Origin: Moniliella sp. 'wahieum'
Taxonomy: Eukaryota
NCBI GenBank assembly: GCA_003971905.1
Contig: RSEE01000019.1
Span: 744,001 to 782,887 of the forward strand
Reading direction: 5' to 3'
Length of the DNA stretch: 38,887 nucleotides
Below the pieces are notes generated by a model, which ran no database searches, was not told where the DNA came from, and worked only from the letters and a program-made list of their open reading frames with translations. Below, in pieces: positions 11,527-23,560 of the stretch. Made by a program: the position numbers and the translations under genes. Every line of letters begins with the position of its first letter. Within the stretch, counting starts at the first letter, position 1.

Positions 11527-13794
11527 ATGGCTTCTGCCGCCGCGCCCGACCCCGTGCCGCCGGCCCAGGGCAGCCCCGCCGCCTCCGCCCGTCACCCTCC
11601 AAGGCCAGGAGGACCCCCACAACTGGAGCGACCGCAAGCGCTGGGCATGGTCGTCCTCGTCTCCCTCATGGGCTTCATCTCCCCCCTCGGCTCCTCCATC
11701 ACCGTCGCCGGATCCAAGTCGCTGGAACAGACCATGGACCTCGCCAGCCGTCTGCTGGCGACCGTGCCCGTTTCCACCTACCTGCTCGGTACGCGTCTCC
11801 CTGCCTTAGGCCTTACTGTGCTTCGTCTGCCGAGCCGCAGCGCGTACTGACCTGGAAGCGCTTCTCCGTCTAGGCCTCGCCTTTGGCCCCTTTGTCTTTG
11901 CCCCGGCCTCGGAGCTGATTGGCCGCCGGCCAGTTTACGTGGCAACGGCGGTTATCTTTGTAGCCTTCAACGCCAGCACCGCTGCCGCGCCCAACTACCC
12001 CGGCCTTGTCATTCTCCGCTTCCTCGCTGGCATATTTGGTTCGACAGGACCGACACTAGGCTCGGGTGTGATTGGTGATATGTTCCAGCCCCGCTTCCGG
12101 GGCCGTGCGGTCGCCATCTACGGATTGGGTCCATTACTAGGACCCGTGGTGGGGAACCTAATCAGTGGGTACATTAGCCAAGCCACCCATTCGTTCCGCT
12201 GGCTGTTGTGGACCTTGACAATTGTATGTTGGCCCTGTCCCATTCCGTTGCGCATGGTGTACTTACCCTACCTTTTGTCTCCTTTCAGATCTCCGGGGCC
12301 GTGATGGGGGCGATTGTGCTTTTCCTAGAGGAGACGTATGCATTTGTCCTGATTGAGCGCAAGCGGCAGCGCCTTGCTGGCCACGACGTCTCGTGGCAGG
12401 CCCGTACTCGGCATTCGGTCCATACCATGCTTCGCCCCTGGATTTGGCACCCATCGCCTGCAGCCCAACAAGTTCCGTTTGGCCATGACCCGGCCCTTCC
12501 GATTACTGTTTTGCAACCCCATCTGTGCCATCTTCAGTCTGTATCAAGGCTTTGTCTATGGCGTCATGTTTATCTTTCTCACTCAGCACCCCTTGCTCTT
12601 CCAACAGCGCAGTGACGTTTCCTCTTCCGGCTCGGGCGCCACCAGTACTGGCTCCGTGTCGTCCAACCATCTTGCCTCCATCACGCGACGACAGACCCCG
12701 TCTTCCTCATCCCAGGCTTCCGCTCACCATGAACGCATTGGTTCCGACCACACCGATCCCAACTTGCATCGTCTTCCCTCCTATGGCTGGTCCATGGGTA
12801 ATGCTGGTCTGAGCTATCTCGGGTTGGGACTCGGTTTCTTGATTGCTATGCTGCTCAATGCGGTCCTTTCCGATCTCCTCTACCGTCGTCTCGTCGCCAC
12901 AGACGGAGAACTGCGATGGGCCCTGTTAAACCCTCGGATCGGGGTAGATCAACTGGCCCAAGAGACCGAGCTGCGTGCTGCTACTCACGAACTGTTGCAG
13001 GGCAGTCGGCCCGCCTCGGTTCGTTCGCAGCAGCCTCCTCCTCCTTCCTGTCCTCCTCCCCCATGTCCTCCACCCTCCTGTCCTCCTCCCTCATGTCCTC
13101 CTCCCTCATGTCTTCCTCCCTCCTGTCCCCCTCCCCCTCCGTCTCTCACCACACGGGTGGGGGTCTCACATGCCGTTCCCCCGCCATATGGGGCGTCCTC
13201 TCCCCCCTCGCACTCGGATACGATCCAGGCCGCTGAATCTGAGCCTGTTCCCAATGCCGAATCTGGCATGAACCCCATCGACGTGCCCGAGAAGAGTGAC
13301 GATCCTCCCCTATCGGAAAAGGGGAGTGATGTGGAGAAGCAAGGAGCCGTGATGCCGCTTGCGACGCCGCCTGCACCTACGCCCCGCAAGGGTCGGCCTG
13401 AATACCGTCTTCCGTTCTGTCTGCTGGGCATGCTGATTCTTCCCTGTGGGCTTCTGCTTTTTGGCTGGAGTGCCTCGGCCAAGACGCATTGGTCTGTGCC
13501 GCTAGTCGGCTCGCTCGTCACGGGCGCCGGGCTGATCCTGTGCTTCCAGACGATTCTCATGTACTTGGTCGATGCATTTGTGCCCTACAGCGCATCGGCC
13601 ACCGCATGCTCTGTCCTGACCCGCTCCGTGCTCGCAGCGGGCTTCCCCTTGTTTGCCGAGTACCTCTATGCGGCCCTGGGCTATGGCGGCGGGTCGTCCC
13701 TGTTGGCGGGTATTGCGCTGTTGGCGCGCCCGTGCTGGTGATTATGTTTGTTTATGGGCCGCGGCTTCGTACCCGGTTTGCGTTTACGGGCTAG
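11527..13794 (+). CDS. MFS multidrug transporter (DHA1 family)
   Basis: EDPHNWSDRKRW, PASELIGRRPVY, LRFLAGIFGS, GVIGDMFQPRFRGRA, GPLLGPVVG, ETYA, RPFRLLF, RPEYRLP and YLVDAF..YSASA motifs. Introns 11789-11873 and 12224-12288; frameshifts present. Confidence 0.92.
13034..13140 (+). repeat. 15-bp coding minisatellite encoding (PPPSC)n inside the MFS gene
   Basis: About 6-7 units of CCTCCTCCCTC(C/A)TGT, translating to PPPPSCPPPPCPPPSCPPPSCPPPSCLPPSCPPPPP. Confidence 0.85.
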
Positions 13795-14209
13795 CGGCTG
13801 AAGCGCCCGTTGCTTGACGCCCTACTGGCCGGCCCATGCCGTAGTCATCGGCGGGAGTGGGGAGTGGGGAGTGCGGAGTGCGGCGCATTGGCCCGCTTCG
13901 CTTCCCCGCGTAAAAAGCACCCTCCATACCCCGATTCACCTCCCCTCCGGCCTCCTCTCCCTAGCCACTCGCTACTCCCCATCCTCAGATCAGCCCCCGT
14001 TCTAGCACCCCCATGGATTGTATACTTTCCGCATTGGAACATTCTTAATTGCACTTACTTCTCACATCGCACGACGGATGGAACCATCGTTGCACACTGC
14101 ACACTGCACTCGCACCCTCCCCTCCCCCGAGGGCCGCCGGGGAGCTTGTCGGCCCTGGTGTTAGCTGCTGTCGCTTCTGGGGCGCGCGCTCTCGAGCAGC
14201 GGCCTGGAG

Positions 14210-15070
14210 CATGCTGGGCTTTACCAGCCCCTGGCTAACGCTAGGAAACTTGAAGCGAGAGGTATACAGGTTGGATACAGATTTTGGCTGTGGCAAGAGG
14301 CGAGACGCGACGTTGCCCGATGCGCGCGACTGACGCCGTCCACATTGTCCCCGCATGGCCACCTAGTTTAAATCGCATGGCCTCTCAGGTACCAGCCCAC
14401 AGGCGTCTTTGCCAGACTGGGTGGGGTTTCACGGTTTTCTTGACGATGGCACAGGATCGATCAAATGTAAACTATGGAGCACCAAGACCACTCCACTGAG
14501 CGTCGAGTTGAATGAATATGCATGTGTGCGTGGCGTGGTCAAGCAGTTCCAAGGCACCGCCACCATCTTGGCTTCCACCGTGGCCCATGGTTGCCGACCC
14601 CAGCGAACTCGTCTTCCACACCCTCCACAAGCCATCTGGGCCCATCTCTAGTACCTGGCCATACAGCGACGTATCCATGGGAGAGCACAACCCCTCCACC
14701 TCTGCCTCTGCGTCTTCCTTTGCAGTGCCTCTGCCTCTGCCTCCACCCACGCCCTCTTCACTCCCGCATTGCGCGTATCCAAAGCGCTGCAGCACCTCGT
14801 CCCGGAGAATCCCAAGGGCGTGTTGGTCGCCCAGATTCAAAAACGCGTGTGTCCACACTCGGTATGAATGTCGCGTACGTTCTGTCCTCTTCCCCTCAGG
14901 TCCAGTTTGCTTGGGTGTTTGGACGAAGGACTGACGCTGCGTTGTGTTTTTTTTTGCTTGAGGTGCAGCAATGATATCTTTACCGATCTGGCCGACGCAG
15001 GTTCGGCGTACAGTGTCCGGGAGATGCCGACGACAACGACGTCTGCTTTCCTCAGGCTCTGCAACTTTAA
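14210..15070 (+). CDS. RPA32/Stn1-like OB-fold protein with C-terminal winged helix
   Basis: FLDDGTGSIKCKLW...EYACVRGVVKQFQG...VADPSELVFHTL/QAIWAHL (RPA2-type OB-fold and helix), then PKGVLVAQIQKRV, an intron at ~14862-14969, and DIFTDLADAGSAYSV/GDADDNDVCFPQALQL* (RPA2-like winged-helix end). Reconstructed across frameshifts. Confidence 0.65.
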
Positions 15071-15759
15071 CCTCCCCCATATCCGCCACACCTTCTCCCC
15101 GCGCCCCCCTTTCACTTTCGCGTCCCACCTTTTTCCCGCGTTCCCGCGCTTGTCGCCTGCTGATGCCTCTCAAGTCGATCTGGCCAGCGAGGCAGACTCC
15201 ACATGCACTCCCACCAGTTCTCTGGCCCCCATCATAGTGAGTGGTACCCTGCCTCCTTTTCATCATTTTCCGTCTACTGACACCCATCGCTCCTGGCTGC
15301 ATGATTGCACTAGTAGTAATCATGATCCCTTCAAGCAAAAGGGGGCGAGGCGGCCGGGAGTGCTATGGGGGCTCTACGTACCAGCGTAGCATGCAGTTGC
15401 GCCAAGACCCAGGGGGACCAACGCTCGGGTGGGGTGGGGTGTACGTCGCGTGATGGCCGAGGCAGATGCGGCAGGAGAAGCGGCGGATGCTTTCAAACAA
15501 AGTGTGGGGGTGTATATACGGCGGTGAAAAAGGCACTGCACTACCCGGCCGCTGCCGTCTGCCCCGCCTTTCGGGGAGTACCGGTTACCGCGCCATGAAT
15601 GGCAGGCTTGTAAGTATATTGCCTGCCATCCCTATTACCTTCCCTCGGCCGTCAGTGCGCGGGCGCTGGGCCTTGGCTGGTTCGCCACCCACCTGACGGA
15701 CCTCGACGAGTACACGATACTAATCCCCCCTTACCGGCCCACCACACAGTTCAAGCCCC

Positions 15760-16835
15760 ATGCGCGACACGGCGGTGGCAGGCGCTTGTGCCGGCCTGGC
15801 ATCGTCCGTGCTGACCTGTCCGCTCGACGTGGTCAAAACACAGCTCCAGGCTCAGGCTGCTTATCCGGCCATTCGCCCTCACCCGGTGCGCGCACCCCTC
15901 CCGTCAGCCCTGCGCCTCAGTGCCGCACGCATCATCGTCGCTCGGATCTGGGCTCGCGATGGCGTCCGCGGCTTTTACCATGGCCTAGGCCCTGCCATCC
16001 TTGGCTACTTGCCCTCCTGGGCCATCTACTTTACCCTCTACGACCATGCCAAGCGTCACCTTGTCCCGTGCTCCCTCAATCCCAATGGCCAGATGGGTGG
16101 GCATGAGATGAGCGCCCTGCTGGCTGGTGTGGCCACAACGGCCATTTCGTCTCCGGTTTGGGTGGTCAAGACACGCTTTATGCTCCAGGCCTTACCGCGG
16201 GAGGGAGAGGCGCGGTACCGTCACACGGTGGATGCGTTTGTCCGCATTGCTCGCAACGAAGGCGTCACGGCATTTTACAAGGGATTGGTGCCGTCGCTCC
16301 TAGGCACGGTACACGTAGCGGCGCAGTTCCCGCTGTACGACGAGCTTAAGAACTTGATGGCCCAGTGCCGACACCCACGCGACACCGACCCCCTCTCGTC
16401 CCAAGAAATCCTCGCCTGCTCCTCCATCTCGAAACTGTTCGCTTCGTGCCTTACCTATCCCCACGAGGTGCTGCGTACTCGGCTGCAGATGCAGGGCAAC
16501 TGCATGCCCTCTCCAGCCCCTACGACTACACAATTGGCTTTGGCCGGTACAGGGCGAATGCCCCCACCGAAACAAGGCATGGTGACCATGGCCAAAGTGA
16601 TCTGGAAACATGAGCGAATGACAGGATTCTACAAGGGAATGGGCATCAACCTGTTCAGAACGCTGCCCAATTCAGCTTTGACTCTTCTAACGTACGTGAT
16701 ACCCCCAATCCAACTCCGTTCCTGATCGGGCATCGTCTATAACTGTTGGTGCGTCTTCTCGTTACTGGCAGGTACGAGCTCATAATGCAACACCTCCACA
16801 CCGACCCGCCACATCAATTCGCAGCCGCCTCTTGA
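15760..16835 (+). CDS. NDT1: Mitochondrial carrier, NAD+ transporter-like (Ndt1/Ndt2)
   Basis: Three carrier signatures (PLDVVKTQLQ, PVWVVKTRFM, PHEVLRTRLQ) and GYLPSWAIYFTLYD, characteristic of the Ndt subfamily. Intron 16692-16771; last exon (T)YELIMQHL...AAAS*. Confidence 0.85.
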
Positions 16836-17421
16836 TGTCGCCTTATAGTCTGCATTGGCCTCCTCGCGTTGAGTTCGGAGTGGGGTCGATTGTTTTTCTT
16901 ATCAAACCTGTAGATGGAACCGGGATATCGTGATACGACTGCTTGACCAAACGACTTCTTTGGCGGCACGAATGTAACGTCGAGTCATGACTATTACCAT
17001 GACTTTTGACCTCTCATGTGCTGGTGAACGTGCCCTGCACTCATTCCCCACGATTTTTCAACGCAACGCGCATTTATTACTCACGCATCAGCCCTGGACT
17101 GCCGAAGGAAAGGTGGGGGGCGGGGGATGGCACGCCTGTCTACTTCGCCTTGACCCATCCGGTTCGAAGATTAGCAACCTGGTATAGTGGTAAAAGGCTT
17201 CCGTAAAGGCTTCCGGTTCTCAAACACTGGCACTAAAGGTAATGGGAACTTCGCTGTCGGCCTCATGGAACCGTGCAGGTGAACGATGTGTGGGTACTGG
17301 GGCATGCAGAGCACGACCAGCAGAGTATAAAATACAAGTCAAGATGGGCGTTATTCGAGGGCCTTGGTCCAGTGGATAGGGTCCACACCCATCCTAGATG
17401 GTCGAGATGCGGGAGGAAGAG

Positions 17422-18344
17422 TTAATCTTGGTGCTTGAGCATCCTGCGCTCCTTGTGCAGGCGATAGGCCTGGACAGCGCGCTGACGCTCTTGTTCCATT
17501 TGCTCCTTCTTGGAGTCGGATGCAGCCTGCTTCTTGGCCAAAGCAGCCAGCTTGCCCAGCTGAAGCGAAGGTGGTGCTTCGGCGACTTGACGCACCCCGC
17601 GGCGATGGGGTGCCGATTCAAACTCACGTTCGGGTTGTTCGTCACGGTCGTGACGCAACGCTTCCCGTTGTGCCTTCAAGTCTTTCTTTTCTCCTCTCTC
17701 TCTGGCTTCGGCCGCTTGAGCTTTGGCCTTGCGCCGCTCCCCTTCCTGTCCAAAACTTTCCTCTTCCTGCTGCGCCTCCTCGCGCAGCACCTTGGCTCGC
17801 GCCTTGCGTTTCTCTCCCCGCCCGGAGCGGGCCACCTTCCGAACCGCCTGGGACACCTCGAATTTGTACGCATCCTCCACGCGGCGGTTGAACTGGAACA
17901 GACTCTCTCCCGGACGGATCTTGAGTTTGGATGGGTCGATGACCTCGTCCTGAGGTTGTTCCTCCTTGTCATCGGCTTGAACCGTAGATGCAGAGGGGGA
18001 ATGAGTAAGCTTAGCTTTCTTGCTGGCCGGGGTGGCGTCCGAAGCGGATGCAGCGGGCTGGAGCTGTGCCGTGCGCTTTTTTGCCTGGGCCTCCGCTTCG
18101 CGCTTCCGCCGTTCGTGGTACGACTCGCGAATTTGACGCGCATTGAGGATGCTGAGCTTGCCCTTGGGCACGTCTTCGAATCGAATGTCCTGACTGCCTT
18201 TGGGCGCCCAGTCGGACCCGCTGGGAGGGAACGAAGAGAACGAGGGGAACGAGGTCAGAGCAGAGAGCGCGAAGGAAGAGCAGACACGTACGACGCCTCC
18301 TTGTCTGACTTGCGTGCCGAGAAACTTTTCCTCTTGTGCGGCAT
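17422..18344 (-). CDS. CCDC137-like basic coiled-coil protein
   Basis: MPHKRKSFSARK start, intron 18291-18221, LKIRPGESLFQFNRRVE motif, K/R/E-rich coil, VAEAPPSL, and C-terminal EQERQRAVQAYRLHK. Confidence 0.7.
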
Positions 18345-19080
18345 GGCGAATGGTGGGGGGGGTGGCGGGGGGGGGCGAGTACCTAAGATGCGAGGCTGCT
18401 AGCGCGTGAGCCGGCTGGCAGCGACTAGCTTGAATTTCCACTGGAAGCGGCCTCGAAAAAATCAATTGCACCGAGCGGGGTGCCACAACGAAATTGGAAA
18501 CGAACTCGATTTGAAAATGCAATGTTCAACAACTACTCGCAGACCAAGGCTCGCTACGACGCTGGGTATGGGCAAGTGAGGCGAAGCTTGTGAAAGGACA
18601 AGCAGCCCCCGGTGCGCATGGTGGATGGGTATTGTACGGTCCCCACGCGCCCATCCGTGCCCCCGTGCCCTGCCGAACAGTTGCCCCGCACCCCAGCATC
18701 AGATGCACACATGCGATGCATCAACAAGCACCAGCCGCTCAGACGCAACACGCCCGGTTTCTTCGCTTTGTCCCGCTGTCCCGGGGGGACGGACAGGGTG
18801 GGATCAGACCGGCCATGGTGAATGGAAGAAGCATGTGCCGATGATTTTGATGGCCGTCGGCGGCTGTGCGCTTCGCCTTGGTACGGCAGCGCGGCTACAA
18901 TGCTGGTTGGGCTCCAAATTATCGCGTTGGCTCTCCGGTGCTTAATTAAGCAACTAGGTTAAATGAGCGTCAAACCACCAAACCGTGCTGGCTTGTCCGG
19001 CGCCCACCATCTCCGGCTGCGCTTGGTACGATGGCCGTCGCATCCGCCGCGGCGGAAGGATCGACGTGCCTGCCGTGGAC

Positions 19081-20207
19081 ATGGTACGACCATCCCCTCG
19101 CTTCCCCCACCAGTCTGCCATCCCTCACGTCCACCGACCAGCAGGTCCAGCACGGCGCCAGCCTATTTCACGCACTGTTCTCCCTCGCCCCTGCTGCCCC
19201 TCCAGCTCAACTGCCTTGCCCCCAGTAGGCACCCCGACTCTCCCCACCGCACGAACGGGCTCAACAGCTGTGCTTGGAGCCTCCCTGTTCAGCTGCGTTG
19301 AGATGCTGCTTCATCTCGTTGCCTCCGCCCAGCCGGGCGAGCCAGCCGGCGGGGCAGCCGACCACGCGGAGCCGCCCTACATCCTGCTCCTCACCGCCTT
19401 ATCTCGGGACGAATTCTACGAGGAGCTCCGCGGGGGCGATCGACTTGAGCTCTGGAAACAGCTCCTTGACCAATTTCGTCATCGGGGGGATGCTCTCGCA
19501 TCCAAGATGCACTGCATTGACATTCGGTTCGTCCTCCCCTCACACCCAAGCAGTGAAGGCTCACCCCCCATTCCAACTCTTCTCTCCTGACTAGCTACGT
19601 CCCCACCTGGAGACACTGTCTTTCCCTGCTTCTCCATCTCGACATCTGTCTTCCCCCGTTGGGTCCGGAGGCTCGTTATGCGGCACGCGACGTGTCCAAG
19701 CTAGGCGAATCCGGCAAGCCGGGGGAATGGGAATTGGAGAGCATGCTTCCTGTGATTGCTCTGCCACAAGCCCCTATGGCTGTGGTTGTGCATGGCATTT
19801 CACGTTGGAGCGAGGACGGGGAGCATGTGCTTCCCCTCATCATGGCAGAGACAAGTACGTTTTGCACAGAGATCGTGCCACGAATGCGGGCCAAGCGGCG
19901 TGATGAGACGGCGGCCTTAGGCGGATCATCTCCCGCTCGGGCGACTGATCTGCACCTCCGGCCGGCGCCTCTGCTGTACTTTGACCACCCTCCTCTCTGT
20001 GCTTCTTTGGATCCACACACCTCGCGCGCGCGCCTTGTGGATCGCGTCCTAGTCGTCAACCAGCATGTGACGCCCGGTAATGATGTTGCGGACGATGCGG
20101 CCAGTGCTGCCGATCCACCCCGCCAGTCCGACCACCTACTTGCTTCTTCCACCTCTTCTACCCGCTCTCACCCCGGCCTATCAGGCTCGCCACACGAGAC
20201 TGGTTAG
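19081..20207 (+). CDS. Hypothetical protein, possibly SWSAP1/Shu-complex (RAD51-paralog-like)
   Basis: Two ORFs join in frame via intron 19527-19594 (GTTCGT..CTGACTAG). ILLLT..., IDIRYVPTWRHCLSLLLHL and PMAVVVHGISRW loosely resemble the SWSAP1 layout. Gene structure is good; function is tentative. Confidence 0.55.
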
Positions 20208-20269
20208 CATTCGACAAAAATGCATTTTCAAGTGTAGCATTCCTCAGGGCAAGGGGCGGAGGGGAGCAA

Positions 20270-21503
20270 CTAAGACGCAATCTTCCACTTGAGCTGCTTG
20301 CCTGCCAGAAAGGGAACGACAGCAATCTTTCCGGGCTGGGTGTCAGGCCAAGTCTGGTGGTCGGCCAAGACATACTCGGCCGGAACTTTACCATCGTCTG
20401 CCTGTGCACTCACAGTCCTGACCAGGGTGACGGTAGGCGTGGCGTCAGAAGGGAGGGTGTGGCCATAGAAGGCGCGGCCATTGCGGCTCACAAATCCTTC
20501 TAGCTGCTCCAGCGCACCAAACGATTCCAGCAGCGTCGCACAGAGCGGAAGCAGAATCGCCGATGTGTACACCCCGGCCGCACAGGCACACTGGGCCGCT
20601 GCGGCATAGCTGCCATGAGAGGAAGCCGGGCATCTTGTTGGTGAACGGATGTGGAGCCGAGTCAGAGCCAAGGAAGAAACGCGGATGGCCAGAACGAACA
20701 ATGTCCTGCAGAGCAGCACGATCAGAGGGATACTTGGCAACTGGCTTGCAAAAGTTGAGCGGCTTGCCGGCCCAGTCGTCGACAATGAGCGCCAGGTGGT
20801 GAGCGGTGATGGAGCAGCCAACGGTTGCACACACTGCTTCACCGCCTCCACCGCGGCAGCAGTTGTGGCGTGCTCCAGTACAATCCGGAGGGTGGGGAAG
20901 CGGGTGTGGATTTTGTGGAGTTGCTTGAGGAATGCTTCTTCAGCGTTCAAAACACAAATTCCCTGCTCGTGAGATGAAAATGTTAGCCCAAGATGGTCGC
21001 GCATGCCGCACGACCTCAGGAGAGGCACAACGTCAAGACGGGAAAGGGGGCGGGGAGTCAACTAGACCACGCACAAGGTCTGGGTCGCTTGGGATTTCCC
21101 CATGAAGATTGAGTACCAGCCCTTCCTGCGCCATGGCCTCAAACACGGGGTAGTACATTTCGTAGTTTTCAATGCCCCCATCCGAATCGGTCGTCACCCC
21201 GCGCGGATAGGACTTGACCCCACAAATGCCGGCCTTGGCGGCCTTGCGGATCTCGTCCGGGGTGAGAGACGGGGAGAGATAGAGGGTCATGACCCACTCG
21301 GTATCGGGAGCGAGGGCGAGCAGGGCTTGCTTGTAGGCCAGCGCCTCGTCCACCGAGCTGATGGGGGGCGTAGTGTTGGGCATGACATAGCCCAGTGAGA
21401 ATCCGCCCTGCTTGACATGGGGGGCAATCAAGGACGCCATCTGGCCCTGGCGGACATGCACATGGTAGTCTGCGGGCGCGGGGATGGTGATGGACGAGGC
21501 CAT
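20270..21503 (-). CDS. URA4: Dihydroorotase (type II, homodimeric)
   Basis: DYHVHVRQG, VMPNTTPP, GVKSYPRGVTTDS, LNLHGE, intron 21074-20963, RIVLEHATT, ITAHHL, NFCKPVAK, FFLGSDSAPHP and CAAGVYT. Frameshifts in exon 2. Confidence 0.95.
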
Positions 21504-21777
21504 GGCCGCGGCGGGTGAGGAGAGGAGATGGTGGTGAGGAGAGGAGATGGTGGTGCGATGGGGGCCACGCCGTGCGCTGCTAACCCCATGTCCATGCCGG
21601 GCAAAAGTAGCATGCGAATACACAGGGCACGGGCCTAGGCATTGCACCGATAGTGGAGACCAGCCGTGTTGGATCATCGATCCACTGCGGGGGGCCGCAT
21701 GGCCTGATGCGTGATGGCCGCGCTGGCTCCAGGAATAAGATCAAGACGCGCCCCCACGCAGTGCGCTTCCCATCGCC

Positions 21778-22650
21778 ATGGCTGTGCCCCCCTCGTGGAA
21801 GGATCTGAGCAAGGCCACCACCGACCTGCTCGGCAAGGACTACCCGCTCGGCAGCTCCACCCTCGACATCAAGTCTGTCGCCCCCAACGGCGTCGCCTTC
21901 CATGTCCAGGGCTCCCGTCTCAACCGCACCGGCGGCCTGGTTGGCGACCTGGAGCTCAAGGCGGCCAGCCGCGCCAAGGGACTGAGCGCGTCGACTGTCC
22001 TCACCTCGTCGAACCAAGTGCGGCAGACGCTCGAGGCGGAGAACTGCTTCGCCAAGGGCTTCAAGCTCGACTTTGTCGGCACCTTCCACCCCGACAAGCG
22101 CACCAAGACGGGTGTGATCAACACTACGTTCAAGCAGCCTCGTCTCCACACCCGCACCTCGATCGATCTTACCAAGGGCCCTCTTATTGCCCACGACAGC
22201 GTGGCTGGGCGGGACGGCTTGCTGGCTGGCTACTCGGCCGTGGTCAATGCGCAGACCAAGCAGCTGACCAACTACAGCGTTGGCGCTGGCATTTACGCGC
22301 CCGACTACTCGATCACATTGCTCAGCACCAACAAGCTAACCCAGTACGCCGCGTCCTATTATCACCGCATCAATGCCGATGTCGAGACGGGCGCGCGCAT
22401 CCTCTACGACGCATCCAAACCCGCGCCGGCGACCAAGCTGGAGCTGGGCAGCAAAGTCTACCTCGACAATGCCGCGTTCATCAAAGCCAAGATCAACACT
22501 GATGGCATCCTTGGCCTGGGGTACACCCAAGCGCTGCGTCCTGGCGTCAAGACAACGCTTGGCCTGGCACTGGACACGAAGGCCTTCTCGACAACCGAGA
22601 CAGCCACGCCAGCCCACAAAGTGGGCGCGGCGCTGTTCTTCGAGGCATGA
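21778..22650 (+). CDS. POR1: Mitochondrial outer membrane porin (VDAC)
   Basis: Intact 290-aa ORF: MAVPPSWKDLSKATTDLLGKDY...KAKINTDGILGLGYTQALRPGVKTTLG...HKVG...FEA. Confidence 0.96.
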   Translation: MAVPPSWKDLSKATTDLLGKDYPLGSSTLDIKSVAPNGVAFHVQGSRLNRTGGLVGDLELKAASRAKGLSASTVLTSSNQVRQTLEAENCFAKGFKLDFVGTFHPDKRTKTGVINTTFKQPRLHTRTSIDLTKGPLIAHDSVAGRDGLLAGYSAVVNAQTKQLTNYSVGAGIYAPDYSITLLSTNKLTQYAASYYHRINADVETGARILYDASKPAPATKLELGSKVYLDNAAFIKAKINTDGILGLGYTQALRPGVKTTLGLALDTKAFSTTETATPAHKVGAALFFEA

Positions 22651-22769
22651 CGAGTGCAGCTGTTAGTTTTGGCAAGAACGCTGGTGCTGTAAGCAATGCT
22701 GATTATCAATTACCCCTCAACCTGCTGGGTAGGCGCATGGGAGGTCTTGGAGGGGGAGGTGATGACAGG

Positions 22770-23560
22770 GGGTGGTAAAGTAGCCACCACCGGCAATCGG
22801 TGTCACTCCACCGTCAGCAATTGGCCAGACGTGCTGGCGCACAACAGCTGAGAACCCAGGCAAGCCGCACGAAAGACGGCGCGTACCAGGATATTGAGAG
22901 CTGCCATAAAGCCATCGCGTTTCAGAGTCAGTCGCAGAAGAGGGGCCGCTTTCCACACCACGGGAGCAGCTGCTTGCCGCGCGATACAGGCCCAAGTGGA
23001 GCCCACTTCGACATCTGCCCGAACACTAAACCAGCCAGATGGTTCTTCAGGCCCGCAAGGTGCTTCGCACACAGCACTTCGACCGCATCCGGCCCAAAAG
23101 TTCGCGTTCTGGGGACGCGGCATACGAGCCGCCCGCCCGGGCATGCGCTCTCTGACCTGGCGATGCACAAAGGTCAAATGATCGGAATGTTGACCCACTG
23201 TAGAGTCTTTCTTCATAGCTTGTGCTCAGGCCACCTCCCGATCCCGGGTCGGCCCTGAGGAAGGCGCAAACATCGGCCGAGGTGCTTTTCTGCAAGCCAG
23301 CCTTCAAGCAGAGCAAGCAGGTGAAACACGGCATGATCGTCGTGACGATCTAGGTAAATTCTTCCAAAGCGACCCGCCGCTTGGTTGAACTGAGGGAGGC
23401 CGCCCCCCTCGTGTTACTCGGCCGCCAGGGCGCAGCGCACTCCACCACTCGAATTGATCTGAATCGGAACGGCGGGTTTGTTTGCTTCGGCGGCCAGCTT
23501 GGGCTAGTACCGCCGACACCGACTGCCCGGCTTAGTGCGTGCGCCTGCGCTGCGACGGGC
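22770..23560 (-). mobile_element. Degenerate fragment (F) of CRE-clade non-LTR retrotransposon, N-terminal part up to the start of RT
   Basis: Colinear with 27820-28680 of copy A (shared GGTAAAGTAGCCACCAC, CACTCCACCGTCAG, CACAACAGCTGAG, GCAGCGCACTCCAC-like blocks). Reads DGGVTPIAGG vs DGGVRPIACG, and LCAKHLAG. Confidence 0.8.

Noticed and set aside
17398..18402. 334-aa Leu-rich plus-strand ORF resembling a membrane protein
   Set aside because: Antisense of the K/E/R-rich CCDC137-like gene.
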